From: Spirogloea muscicola
Lineage: Eukaryota
Reading direction: 5' to 3'
Assembly (NCBI GenBank): GCA_009602725.1
Contig: WELB01000022.1
Coordinates: 883,602 to 903,601, forward strand
Length of the DNA stretch: 20,000 nucleotides
Shown here: piece after piece, positions 1-9,170 of the stretch
Numbering within the stretch: position 1 is the stretch's first letter
How the letters are laid out: every line of letters starts with the position of its first letter
The notes under the pieces: generated by a model
What the model was told of the DNA's origin: nothing
Databases searched by the model: none
What the model saw: the letters and a program-made list of their open reading frames with translations, nothing else
Made by a program: the position numbers and the translations under genes

Positions 1-200
1 CTTCCATATTCGGGGGCAAGCTGTCAAGTTGACTGACGGGGCACACAGTTTCACGCATTGGACTATTGTAAATTGTAACTCAAGTTAAAAAATATTGAGC
101 AGTCTCATATTGATACGAATACATGTATATCCTGCATAAATGCCAGATAGTCCTTGTTGTAGAAGCCTGGCAGCTAAGCAGGTTGCTATGCCTTCTGCAG

Positions 201-1561
201 TGCAATGATGGACAAGCAATACCATCTGGCCACAGAAGAAAGTGAATTCATGCAGAGAGAGGACGACAATGAAGCGGGAGAGAGTATATCTGGATCATCA
301 GGTTGCCAGCCTCACAGTTCAGTCGCTTTCACTGATTCAGGGTTGTCAGGTTCACTGAGGTCCAGCCTGCACACAGTCACCAAGGGACTTGCATCAATCA
401 TTCAGACTCCTCTCATCTCTAGGCAAAGCCCTTGGGTTGTCTATGAGCTTGTCATAACTTCTTACGCAGGTGAAGAGAAGGACAAAGCAGATGAGGAGGA
501 TGAAGCTGATGGCGTGCAGGAGGCCTTGAGAGATCTGAAGCGGAAGAGCCATGGAAAGGTAACCTCAAAATTGGATGCTCTTCAGAGGGCAGAAGAGTTG
601 TACAATACACGACTACCCAAGAAGGTGCAGTGTTGTTGGAGGCCTCAGACATGCCCTGTCAGGCTCCACCCATCTGCTGCATTCCATGTTATGTTGCGGC
701 AACAGAGAGAATAAGAACAGGCCCACTTTCAAATTAGGTCCCGCCTCCTGTCTGCTAGTGTCTGAATAGCAGCTTGCTTGCAGGCCTTCAGCTAGTTGTG
801 GCACTTCCGAGCTGTTAAGACTTGAGGCAAGACTGCACAGTGCACTATTAACAACTCAGGAAAGGATCCTATATTGAGACTGATTTGTGATAAGCAGGTG
901 AAAATGGAGAAGAAGCTCACTAGCAGCATTGACGAGGAATTGCGGCAGATGGCAAGACAGAAGCTCAAGGAGGCCTTGCAGGACGCCTTACAAAAGCATG
1001 GGCATGCTTTGACTTGCTTGTAAGAGAATGTTTGCTTTCATGCTTCCTTGCAATATTCAACAATGTGCTTCCGTAAGAGCAGACAAACCTCCAGAATGCC
1101 ACAGAAGGCTTGCATGCCTGGCCATCACTCTGGTAAACTTTTTGACTGTAGTGGCTTCTGTTCTATCATCGTCGCCCAGCCGGGTGAGGTCCAATGCAGG
1201 AAAGACCAACAAAGCCTGACAATCTCTGTCCTACTGCTCCCTGCAAGACAGCGATTCGCTCGAGGATGCTGCAAACACCTTGGAAAGCGAGTGCTTTAGC
1301 ACTTTCAAGAAGGCTGGAAGGTCTTTTTACCACTCGAGGATCACCAGCCGTGCTCGTCAAGTGGCGTGTATGTCCCATGAGGAGGCCAGGTCCATCTTGA
1401 GTACAAGAACTAGTCAGTCTGCCGAGCCAACAGATGCCAGCTTGACTGTCTCAGGGTATAGACTTGATGGGCCAGAGCCAAGCCTTCGGCGAGCTCCAGC
1501 ACAGAGCAGCGCTGCCTATCAACAATTTGTGCCTCCCAGAAGCAACAAGCCGGCCGTCTAA
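201..1561 (+). CDS. RECQ3: 3' part of a RecQ-like ATP-dependent DNA helicase, plant RecQ3 type (C-terminal region only; helicase core lies upstream of the window). Exons 201-301, 470-624, 898-1019, 1252-1561.
   Basis: GT-AG junctions with compatible phases give ...EESEFMQREDDNEAGESISGSSG EEKDKADEED...KLDALQRAEELY...IDEELRQMARQKLKEAL...LESECFSTFKKAGRSFYHSRITS...PAV*. This resembles, from memory, the plant RecQ3 C-terminus (L..AEE.Y; R...K.RL..AL; LE.EC..K..K.GKSFY.S.I.S). No helicase motifs are visible, and the exact last-exon end is less certain. Confidence 0.72.
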
Positions 1562-2386
1562 TGTGGCGCATACATCCACCTGTCCACACGGGCACTGCTG
1601 ACTATGATCGCCGCAGAGTATCCCCGGATAAAGCTCTGTCTCCTCAGCAGGGTCCATTCTCGTTCACAAGCTCCTCATTTCAGCCCACATCCTTTTGGCC
1701 AGTATCCATTCAGGTTGGCCACAGCCTCTTCGACATTGTGCAGCAGCTCACCAGCTGATTTGCATCATGGCCTCTGGGGGACATTATCGAAAAGAAAGGC
1801 AGATTGTGCACAGGCTTGGGACTTCAGCCCCCTACAAAGTGCCAATTGTCCTCTCCCCCCTCCTCCAGCCCTCTTCCCCACCCGTCCAAAGGCCACCCAC
1901 AAGTCACTAACACTTGCACGGACCAAGTGCTGGCTGCTGCAATGTCTTATTTACCGCCCTTTCAGCTGCTGCATTCACCAGCTGAGAGCTAGCAATGACA
2001 GCGGCCAAGGCAGCCAGCTGCTTATCTTGCCGGATCGCAGATTGGTGCTACAGAGCTCAAGCCATCAGTGAGTACCAAGACTTCAAGTCGACTTCAAGAC
2101 AACGTGGTAAGACCTTGCTGGAGGGTGAACTACAGTGCAACCTCCTCGAAATGGACAAAGAATTTTGGACAACCAATGGAGGGAGCCTCAGTTTCTGCCA
2201 GGGCTGCCGTTCACTGTCTCACAGCTGCAGGCAGAGTGGCCTTTGCTGCCACCAGCACCAGTTGCAACTGCCGGCATGCCACAAGAACGTGCATGGCTGC
2301 ATTGATCCTTGTTGGCAGCTGAGTGCCCGCCCCCGGTCTAAGAGAGAAGGAGGCACGGACAAAACTCTGGAGGCACAAGACAGCCG

Positions 2387-5300
2387 CTACCGGGGGTCGT
2401 CAGGAGCCGATGGCCTTGCCTCCTGCTGCTTCAAAAGCTCGTTGATGTGGGCCAGCATCTTCTGCTTGTCCGCATCACTCTGTGTTTTGGCCTTCTCCAT
2501 CTGCTGCACTGCCTCGCTCAGCAGCTTGCGCTTGGCCTCCGCCTCGTCCAACCGTAGCAGCAGATAGCTGTGCACGCGCCAGCAACAGGCACCAGTTAAC
2601 TTTCGTCAGCAGCACACACTTGGGTACCACATGTGTCAGCTCCTTCCAGATCCACTTCATAAGGCTCCTTCAAATATGCACTTGGATGCTCATGTCGAAA
2701 AACGGACTCAGATCCTTAGGCCTGAAAATCCTTCTCAAACAGGTCACCGCAGCAGCAACAGCAGCTCACCTGCTTGCATACTCCTCCTCCACCACCTTAG
2801 CCTTGCTCTGCGCTATCCTCTGGACACCATCCGCTTCTCGCTTCGCCTCCGTTGCTCGCAGCTGTAGCCACCCGCAGGCAATGGGCGAATGGACAGAAAT
2901 GTGGGCGAGTCAGCCATCTGTGCCCTCATCAGCTTCTTGCTGCATGATCGCTTGGACAAAGCACTTGCCTCAAACCAAAAGCTAACCGATCTGCAGAAGG
3001 AACAACGTGACAACAGCCAACCTGGAGCATCTCGGCCTCTGCCTGCTTGAAGCGTGCAATGGTCTCAAGCTCCTGAATCTGCGTCTTCTTTTGTTGCCTC
3101 TGGTACTGCCAGTAGGAAATCAAACACGTCGCCAGAGCCGAGGACTCCACTATGTCAGCATGCCAGCAGCCTTCCCATAACAAAAACCACAAAACCCACA
3201 TGGCCTGCTTGGACATGAGGCCTTGATAAGCAGAGATGGCCTGCTAGTCACGAGCTCTTGAGCATGTCTGCGACCATCCTTCCAGAGTAATATTTCATAA
3301 CCCTAAACCCTAAACCCTGAGCTTCTACTGTCCCTTTTGTACAACACAGCTCCCTGCTTTCCTCATCCCAACAAGCTGCAGTAATTGGTATTCGAGCAGA
3401 CCTGCAGGTAGGCAGCCTCCTTGCGCTTCTCCTCCAGCTCGCACTCGTACGCCTCAAGGGCTGCCCGCGCCTTGAGGAGGTCGTCGTTCTTCTCATTGGT
3501 GTCGGTCTCCATCTTGTATACTGCACGCACGAGCCAATTGCCAGTTTGCGACTTGTCGCCCTCCAGGCTGCCCAGATGCTGCTCCCACGAAGGCGACGCC
3601 CCCACGGCCGCAGTCCCGCCCCTGGGCTCGCTCTTCGGGCCCTCATCCTGCTCTTCCAAAATGTACTCCGCTTCTGCAGCAAGTGCGTAATGTCAAAAAG
3701 CTTCCATGGAGGATGCATACTCTGCATAACTCAACCTCTAGGTTTATCAAAGCCACGATAAGTGGTTGTGCAGATTGAGGGGCTCGACGCAAACAAACAA
3801 CTTTCCCTTCGAAGAGAAGTAAATTGGGGTGACCAGTTCCAAGGCCATAAGTAGCAGAAGTTGCCAGGTATAAGAATGGCAATGCTGCACAGCCTTTATC
3901 TACTCGAAGCGTTTAGGTGCGCACATCTGGGAAATGTGCAGCACCAGGCCAAGCAAATCGCTCTAGGCACCCCCTGCGCTGCTTGTGAACAGCTGTCACT
4001 CACCGTCAAAGAAGCGAGCCATCTCCTTGCACGCCTCCGCATGGTCCCAGCTGCGGTCCATCAGGAGGTCGTCAGCAAGGCGGAAGAGGCTCTTGCCACG
4101 CGCATCTTGGGAGCCCGCAAAGATGCGCCGCACGAAGTCAAGCTCCTTGAGCAGCGTGTCCTTGTCCCAGCTGCTGGCGCATGTGCTGAAGACGTCCTTG
4201 ACAAAGCCGAAGAGCTCGGATGTGCGCCTGCAAGGTGTGCAATGGAACTGCATCTCCACTACATCTCTATTCCCCTTGCCGGCGTTCAGGCTGGGCCCCA
4301 CACAGATCGTTTGCGTCCTGCACCGCCAAACGCAGCATGCAAAGTACTGCAGTCGTTTAGCTCAGCTGTTAACAGGAGATTCCTTGTGCTACTTGATTTG
4401 TAACAGTTTTGGGTCACTTGGACACAACCCAACTGGCTTGGGCACCCTTCAAAGGTCCTTGACTGAATTGCTGCCTTCTTGAGCTAAGCAACATGCTTCT
4501 GAGAGCTCAAGTTAGGCAAGTTGCTGCCCACTTACTGTGCTTCGAGAGTGCACTGATGCAAAGGAATGCGACAAAGAAGTCAAATAGCGCCGATGTCGAG
4601 CCCTTCCAAGACAAGCACGAAGTTTGGAAAGAGTGCGGAGGGCGAGGCGGGACAGTCGGCAGCGCACGCACTTCATGGCGCAGTCCGTGTGGCACCAGTG
4701 AAGGCAGAAGTCGCAGCCAATCCAGCGGCACGTGTTGGAGTCGAAGTCGAACTTGCAACACACGACGCACATGCACAGGTGGCAGAAGCCGCTCTTGGTT
4801 GTGCACACCTGCCAGGAGTAGACAGTAAAGACAGGTGGTGCCTCAGGCATGCACAGCAGAATGGATGTCTCGGTATCACGTCTATAAGAGCACTCAACAG
4901 ATTGCGCAATCACTTGCTGAGGTTCCACTTAATCTAGCATCTGAATGCACTGACACAGAGGTGGAAGCCACTGACCATGCACTGGCAGCCCGCGGCGGGG
5001 AGCTGCGTCTGGCAGGCGACGTTGCGGCAGCGCTTGTGGAGGAAGATCTCGATGAGCGCCTCGGTGTCGATGGGCATGTCGGGGTGCAGGAACACCTGGA
5101 TGCCCGTGCGGATGGCCACGAGGATCTCCAGCTGGGTGCGCGAGGCGCCGGCCAGCGCCTCGGCGGTCACGTCGGCGCGCGAGGCGAGAGCGCGCTGCAG
5201 TTGGGCGAACTCGTCGCGGCGCTCCACGCCGGCGAGCATGTCGCGGAGGCTGGCGCGGAGGCGCTCACGGGCCTCACGCGGCAGCTCGCGCATGCGCCGC

Positions 5301-6162
5301 GCCATGGCGTCGATCGGCTCCGCCACCAGGTCGTGCAGGCTGGCCAGCGCAATCACCACGCCAGCCACCCGGGTTCAAGTCAGGAGCACCCCAATTCCTG
5401 CCCTCTAGACCAACTTTTGATTCTTCCTGGCCACGACCGCTCCCTGTCCTCGTGCGCAGCCCATCAATGCGCAAAAATGGGCTCCGCCACCAGGTCGTGC
5501 AGGCTGGCCAGCGCAATACACCACACCAGCAGCCCAGGTTCAAGTCAGGAGCACCCCATTCTGCCCTCTACACCATGTTTTAATATTTCTGGCCACGGCG
5601 CTAGCTGTCCTCGTGCGCAGCCCAGCAAGCGCTGCATGAGCAACTACGAGCGAAAATGCCCACAAATTCGGCCGCCCTTCTCACAGGCCTACACTGGCAT
5701 AAAGTATACTTTTGTTGTAATCCTCTTACTAACACTATTGGCTTCTTACTGAAGGCCAGTTAGTAGCTGCAGGGGCCATGGCGGCGAGCATGCGGAGCAG
5801 CCGGCTCACGTGACGCAGTCTGGGCCGGCGCTCGGGGTGGCGCCAGAGGCGGCCCGCCGGCCCGGTGACGACGCCGCCGGCGTGCCCTCCGTGGGCCACG
5901 ACGTCTCGCGGGTGTCCTCGCTCGCTGCCGCCGCCGCCGCCGCTGCCNNNNNNNNNNNNNNNNNNNNNNNNNNNNNNNNNNNNNNNNNNNNNNNNNNNNN
6001 NNNNNNNNNNNNNNNNNNNNNNNNNNNNNNNNNNNNNNNNNNNNNNNNNNNNNNNNNNNNNNNNNNNNNNNNNNNNNNNNNNNNNNNNNNNNNNNNNNNN
6101 NNNNNNNNNNNNNNNNNNNNNNNNNNNNNNNNNNNNNNNNNNGGCCCCACGGACGCCGCCAT
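2387..6162 (-). CDS. OBE1: OBERON-like PHD-finger and coiled-coil nuclear protein (OBE1/OBE2-like), about 598 aa if the N gap has its nominal length. Exons 6162-5810, 5339-4976, 4808-4672, 4317-4004, 3673-3402, 3105-3022, 2861-2770, 2567-2387.
   Basis: Spliced translation contains ETSWP, QLEILVAIRTGIQVFLHP, LIEIFLHKRCRNVACQTQLP, the OBERON PHD finger (FCHLCMCVVCCKFDFDSNTCRWIGCDFCLHWCHTDCA...FHCTPCRRTSELFGFVKDVF), LLKELDFVRRIF, and the coiled coil (ELETIARFKQAEAEMLQLRATEAKREA...EEEYASSYLLLRLDEAEA). All 7 introns are GT-AG with matching phases. The ATG at 6162 is inferred across the gap, and the paralog number is approximate. Confidence 0.93.
3299..3318. repeat. Short plant telomere-like tract (AACCCTAAACCCTAAACCCT) in OBERON intron 5
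   Basis: Nearly three CCCTAAA units, read directly. Confidence 0.8.
5313..5632. repeat. Diverged tandem duplication of about 165 bp spanning the OBERON intron 1/exon 2 boundary (copies about 5313-5472 and 5477-5632)
   Basis: Both copies share GGCTCCGCCACCAGGTCGTGCAGGCTGGCCAGCGCAAT, GGTTCAAGTCAGGAGCACCCCA, CTGCCCTCTA and CTGTCCTCGTGCGCAGCCCA in the same order. Confidence 0.92.
5948..6142. other. Assembly gap (195 N) inside the GC-rich, GCC-repeat first exon of OBERON
   Basis: Run of N flanked by Ala-codon repeats. Confidence 0.99.
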
Positions 6163-6254
6163 GGCCGCCGCAGCCGTGGCGCAGCCGGCGGCGGGGCGGC
6201 GGCGTCGGCGGCGGCGTCGGCGCGACAGAAGACGGCGCCGTTTGCGGGCTTCTG

Positions 6255-6263
6255 TTTCCCGCC
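6255..6263. promoter_or_regulatory. Possible E2F-type site TTTCCCGCC about 95 bp upstream of the inferred OBERON start
   Basis: Matches the TTTSSCGC consensus; AACGG (MSA-like) cores lie nearby on the minus strand at 6238-6242 and 6262-6266. Short motifs in GC-rich DNA, so they could be chance. Confidence 0.25.
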
Positions 6264-6494
6264 GTTTGGCGAGGCCCCGTCCGGTCGGCTCACCGCCTGA
6301 AAGTTGGCGGTTAGTGCACGGCTGTGGCTGCCAATGAGCACAAAGATCTTCCGACAAGTGAGCTCTTCCTAAGGTAAGTAGGCACTTCGGCAGCGCTCCC
6401 AGAAGGAAAGACTTGCACTCTCTTTACAGCTTTGTTCATTCTCTTCTCCTAGGCCACGCTAGCATTCCGCAGGCATTTGTTGCGTGTTACAGAG

Positions 6495-7030
6495 TGCGGC
6501 GGCTGGACCTTCTGCAGCCGCTTCCCCGGCAGGCCATCATCGGCAGGGTCCGCAAGAGTAAGAAGAAAGGGAGGTGCCTGGCTTCAACGCTGCTGGGGGT
6601 CGCTTGCCCAGGTATTTTGCATGCGGCTCTCTGTTCCCTTCCAAGGCTCCCTGGCTCACGCTGCGCACTTGCAGGCAGGCCGGCTATTGCTGCTGCCTCT
6701 GGGTCTCGTTGCGGTGCCTCTTTCCAGCTGCAAGCTACTCCGACTTGCTGCTGCTGATCCGGGGTTACTGAGTTCCCCTCTGCTGTAGTCTCGTGCATAG
6801 CTGTGTGCTTTAAACACCTTCCGGCTCTCAGCTCTTTGGACTGTCCTTCTTTTCCAGCCTCCTATTTTAGTTGGGCGAGCTTCTGTCCTCCGAACCCTGT
6901 CAATTGTTTTCGGGCTGGTCTATCACGTCTCAGCGTGTAGTTTTCTTCTCGGCACTTGATATCGGCTCTTTGGATTTTGTCCATTCATTTTGGGCTGGCA
7001 TTTGCAGCCCCTCTTCATTATGGCAAGCAA
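6495..7030 (+). mobile_element. Decayed 3' fragment of an RLE-type (CRE-like) non-LTR retrotransposon plus 3' UTR modules
   Basis: Frameshifted translation LDLLQPLPRQAI...PGFNAAG / SLAQVFCMRLSVPFQGSLAHAAHLQAGR / AAASGSR / FPAASYSDLLLLIRGY* (stop 6769-6771) is homologous to the 8375-8711 copy. A 3' UTR-like block with a degenerate GGGCTGGC..GCAGCCC hairpin follows at about 6935-7030. Confidence 0.72.
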
Positions 7031-7043
7031 TCTATTTCAGACC

Positions 7044-7148
7044 TTTGGGCTGGCCTTTCACAGCCACTGCTCTCAATTTGGACGCGTTGTTTTTATCGGG
7101 AATAGCGCTTCCAGATTGACAGCAGTGGCTGTGAGAAGCCAGCCCAAA
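7044..7148. repeat. Near-perfect palindrome: 51-bp arms (7044-7094 and 7098-7148) with a 3-nt loop
   Basis: Manual alignment of arm 1 to the reverse complement of arm 2 gives no indels, 3 mismatches and 7 G-U-compatible differences on the + strand. TTCAGACCTT (7036-7045) can also pair with AAGGTCTGAA (7158-7167). Confidence 0.9.
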
Positions 7149-7310
7149 AGAGTGGACAAGGTCTGAAAGGGCCAGATGGCGCAAGAACTGGATACTAAGC
7201 GCTAAGACGACATAAAGGAGATTCTCAGAAAACTTAATCAGCAAGTGCAGGTCAGAATAGCTAGAGGGCGGAAAGACGTCGCCCTGACGGAACCCGGACG
7301 CAGCAGCCAA
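7130..7310 (-). mobile_element. Diverged 3'-terminal fragment of the same RLE-LINE family (variant 3' UTR)
   Basis: Minus-strand AAASGFRQGDVFPPSSYSDLHLLIK matches the family C-terminus AAASGSRRSASFPAASYSDLMLL. Its 3' UTR block recurs at about 9800-9846 and 18008-18047. Confidence 0.68.
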
Positions 7311-7526
7311 GAAATGTGTGTATTAAGTGATGGAGGGCCTGTGTGGCTAAGTACAAGGGCAAGCACATTGATTATTGTGCCAAGGCGCGACCTGCACGCA
7401 GGTGAAAGGCAAGGGACCTCTGCAGGGAGTCGGCTAGACCCATCCTGAACACTTGAGCAAGCGACCCGGCCTTGAAGCCGGGCTGCTCGCTGTGCTGCCC
7501 TTGGCAGCGAGCCACTGCACGCCTCG

Positions 7527-7749
7527 CAAGAAGAAGGGCTCACCTATAAAGAAGAGGGGCTGGCAAAGCCAGCCCAAAAAGAATAGACAATGTCCAAAGC
7601 CAAAAAAAAAGAGGAGCCGGAAAAGGACTACACTACAAAACACAAGACGATGCAGAGGGAAGCTCAGTAACCGCGAGTAAGCAACATCACGTCTGAGTAG
7701 CTCACTGCAAGGAAAGCGGCACTCCGCTGAGAATCCGCCGCGACCATAG
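7527..7749 (-). mobile_element. 5'-truncated 3' end of the RLE-LINE family
   Basis: MVAADSQRSAAFLAVSYSDVMLLTRGY* (stop 7666-7664), then the family 3' UTR, the perfect GGGCTGGC-TTT-GCCAGCCC hairpin and a CTTCTTCTT tail. Confidence 0.78.
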
Positions 7750-7841
7750 AGGTTTGGGGCTGGAAAAGGCCAGCCCAAAAAACAATGAACAAAGTGCGAG
7801 AAGGGGCCAGGGGAAGGACTAAGAAAAACAAGCACAAGAAA

Positions 7842-7919
7842 GAGAGAAGGCGCGCGGTGCGCATGAAATTGAAAGGGAGGCCAATTCAAGCCTTACAAAT
7901 GACCTGTTGACTGGGTAAT
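7842..7919 (-). repeat. Non-coding repeat module of about 80 bp, copy 1 (direct repeat of 9972-10050)
   Basis: GAGAGAAGGCGCGC..GCATGAAATTG.AAGGGAGG..AGCCTTACAAATG.CCT..GGTAAT is shared by both copies. Confidence 0.8.
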
Positions 7920-7953
7920 GAAGCACAAGAAGAAACTAAGCAGCTACGAAACT

Positions 7954-8005
7954 CTCAGTAACCCCTGCTAAGCAGCCTCAAGTCAGAGAAACTTGGCTCC
8001 TGGAA
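7954..8005 (-). mobile_element. Very short C-terminal fragment of the RLE-LINE family
   Basis: FQEPSFSDLRLLSRGY*, with the shared TACTGAG stop context. Confidence 0.55.
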
Positions 8006-8029
8006 GTGGGTCCAGTAGCCCCTGGCGTA

Positions 8030-9165
8030 AGGAAGTGCTTGCCCATAGAGAAGTGGGGCTGGCAAAGCCAGCCCAGAAGGAATGACAATGTCCAAAGCCA
8101 AAGAAAGAGGTGCCGACGAAGGATCACACCACAAACCACTACAAAATATAAGACGATGCAGAGGGGAGCTCAGTACCTGCGAGTGAGCAACATCGGGTCG
8201 GAGTAGCTCGATGCAGGGAGAGGGGCACTCCGCCGAGACCCAGAGGCGGCGGCCATAGCACAGCCTACTCGCGTGTGGACGGCGTAGGCAAGGGAGCATG
8301 GAAACGATACCGCCAGGCGCATACGGAAGACTCGGACGAGCGAACCGGCGGCGTTGAAGCCGGGCGCCCTTGGCCCTTGCTGATCACCCGGTGGGGGATG
8401 AATTCGCGGCCCTGGCGATGGATGTACACGGGGCTTTCGGCAGCCGCTGGCTGGATCTCATTCAGCGGCTTGCTCGCCAGGCCATTGACCGGCGGCCGGG
8501 TCTGCCCGGGGCGATGCCCGGCTTCAACGCCGCCGGGTCGCTCGCACAAGTCTTCCGCATGCGCCTGGCCGTATCGCTTCAACGCTCCCTTGCCCACGCC
8601 GTCCATACGCGCGCAGGCCGTGCTATGGCCGCCGCCTCTGGGTCTCGGCGGAGCGCCTCTTTCCCTGCAGCGAGCTACTCAGACCTGATGTTGCTCACTC
8701 GTGAGTACTGAGCTTTCCTCTGCATCGTTTCTGTGTTCTGCAGTATGTTGTAGTGTAGTCCTTTCTCCGGCTCCTCTTGCTTTGGCTTTGGACATTGCAA
8801 GAGGGGCTTTGCCAGCCCCTCTTTTCTATGGGCGCGCTCTTCGCCTTGGCAGACCCGGCCCGCCGGTCAATGGCCTGACGGGCAAGCCGCTGGAGGAGAT
8901 CCTGCCAGCGGCTGCCGAAAGCCCCGTGTACATCTATCCGCCAGGGCCGCGAATTCATCACCAACCGGGTGATCGGCATATTTTCGCTCCTTTGCCCGGG
9001 CCGCCTGGCCGACCGCGTGCACTGCAATCGATGCCGATCTGGTGAGATTGGCGGAGTCGATGCAGTCACTTGTCACCACATCGGCGATGATACCGGGGAC
9101 CGCCGCCGGGCGGGATGGCGACCAGGTCAGCGCGTGGAGTATGGGGCTGGCCGTCCGCGCCCAGC
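8030..9165 (-). mobile_element. Longest RLE-type (CRE-like) non-LTR retrotransposon fragment (endonuclease domain to 3' UTR), frameshifted and split by a nested insertion at 8375-8841
   Basis: 9165-8850 translates, across two frameshifts, as PRADLVAIPPGGGP / IIADVVTSDCIDSANLTRSASIAVHAVGQAARAKERKYADHPVGDEFAALA / IDVHGAFGSRWQDLLQRLARQAIDRR. This fits the R.D...D..V...K..KY...F..LA....G..G pattern of RLE domains. It resumes at 8365-8030 with the C-terminus (stop 8172-8170), 3' UTR and hairpin. Confidence 0.78.
8375..8841 (+). mobile_element. 5'-truncated RLE-LINE copy (467 bp) nested antisense in a copy of its own family, with a target-site duplication
   Basis: Open frame ADHPVGDEFAALAMDVHGAFGSRWLDLIQRLARQAIDRRPGLPGAMPGFNAAGSLAQVFRMRLAVSLQRSLAHAVHTRAGRAMAAASGSRRSASFPAASYSDLMLLTREY* (stop 8709-8711). 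LAVSLQRSLA resembles the CRE-type LSVALQRGNA motif. Flanked by CGCCCTTGGC (8365-8374) and CGCCTTGGC (8842-8850). Confidence 0.82.
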
Positions 9166-9170
9166 TGGAT

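Noticed and set aside
1000..1007. Possible non-canonical GC-AG donor in RecQ3
   Set aside because: A canonical GTAAGA donor at 1020 in the same phase explains the junction.
1562..2386. Short ORFs between the RecQ3 and OBERON stops
   Set aside because: No recognisable domain or convincing splice chain; probably convergent 3' UTRs, though an extra RecQ3 exon cannot be excluded.
4835..5752. 305-aa plus-strand ORF and other long plus-strand ORFs over OBERON (3861-4403, 1995-2567, 2482-2985)
   Set aside because: Antisense shadows of GC-rich OBERON exons; no recognisable domain.
8265..8688. Paired similar ORFs MDGVGKGA... on opposite strands
   Set aside because: Antisense readings of the inverted LINE copies, not independent genes.
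8035..8840. MITE or foldback DNA transposon with 330-bp terminal inverted repeats
   Set aside because: Better explained as an antisense nested LINE insertion; the arms are retroelement coding and UTR sequence.
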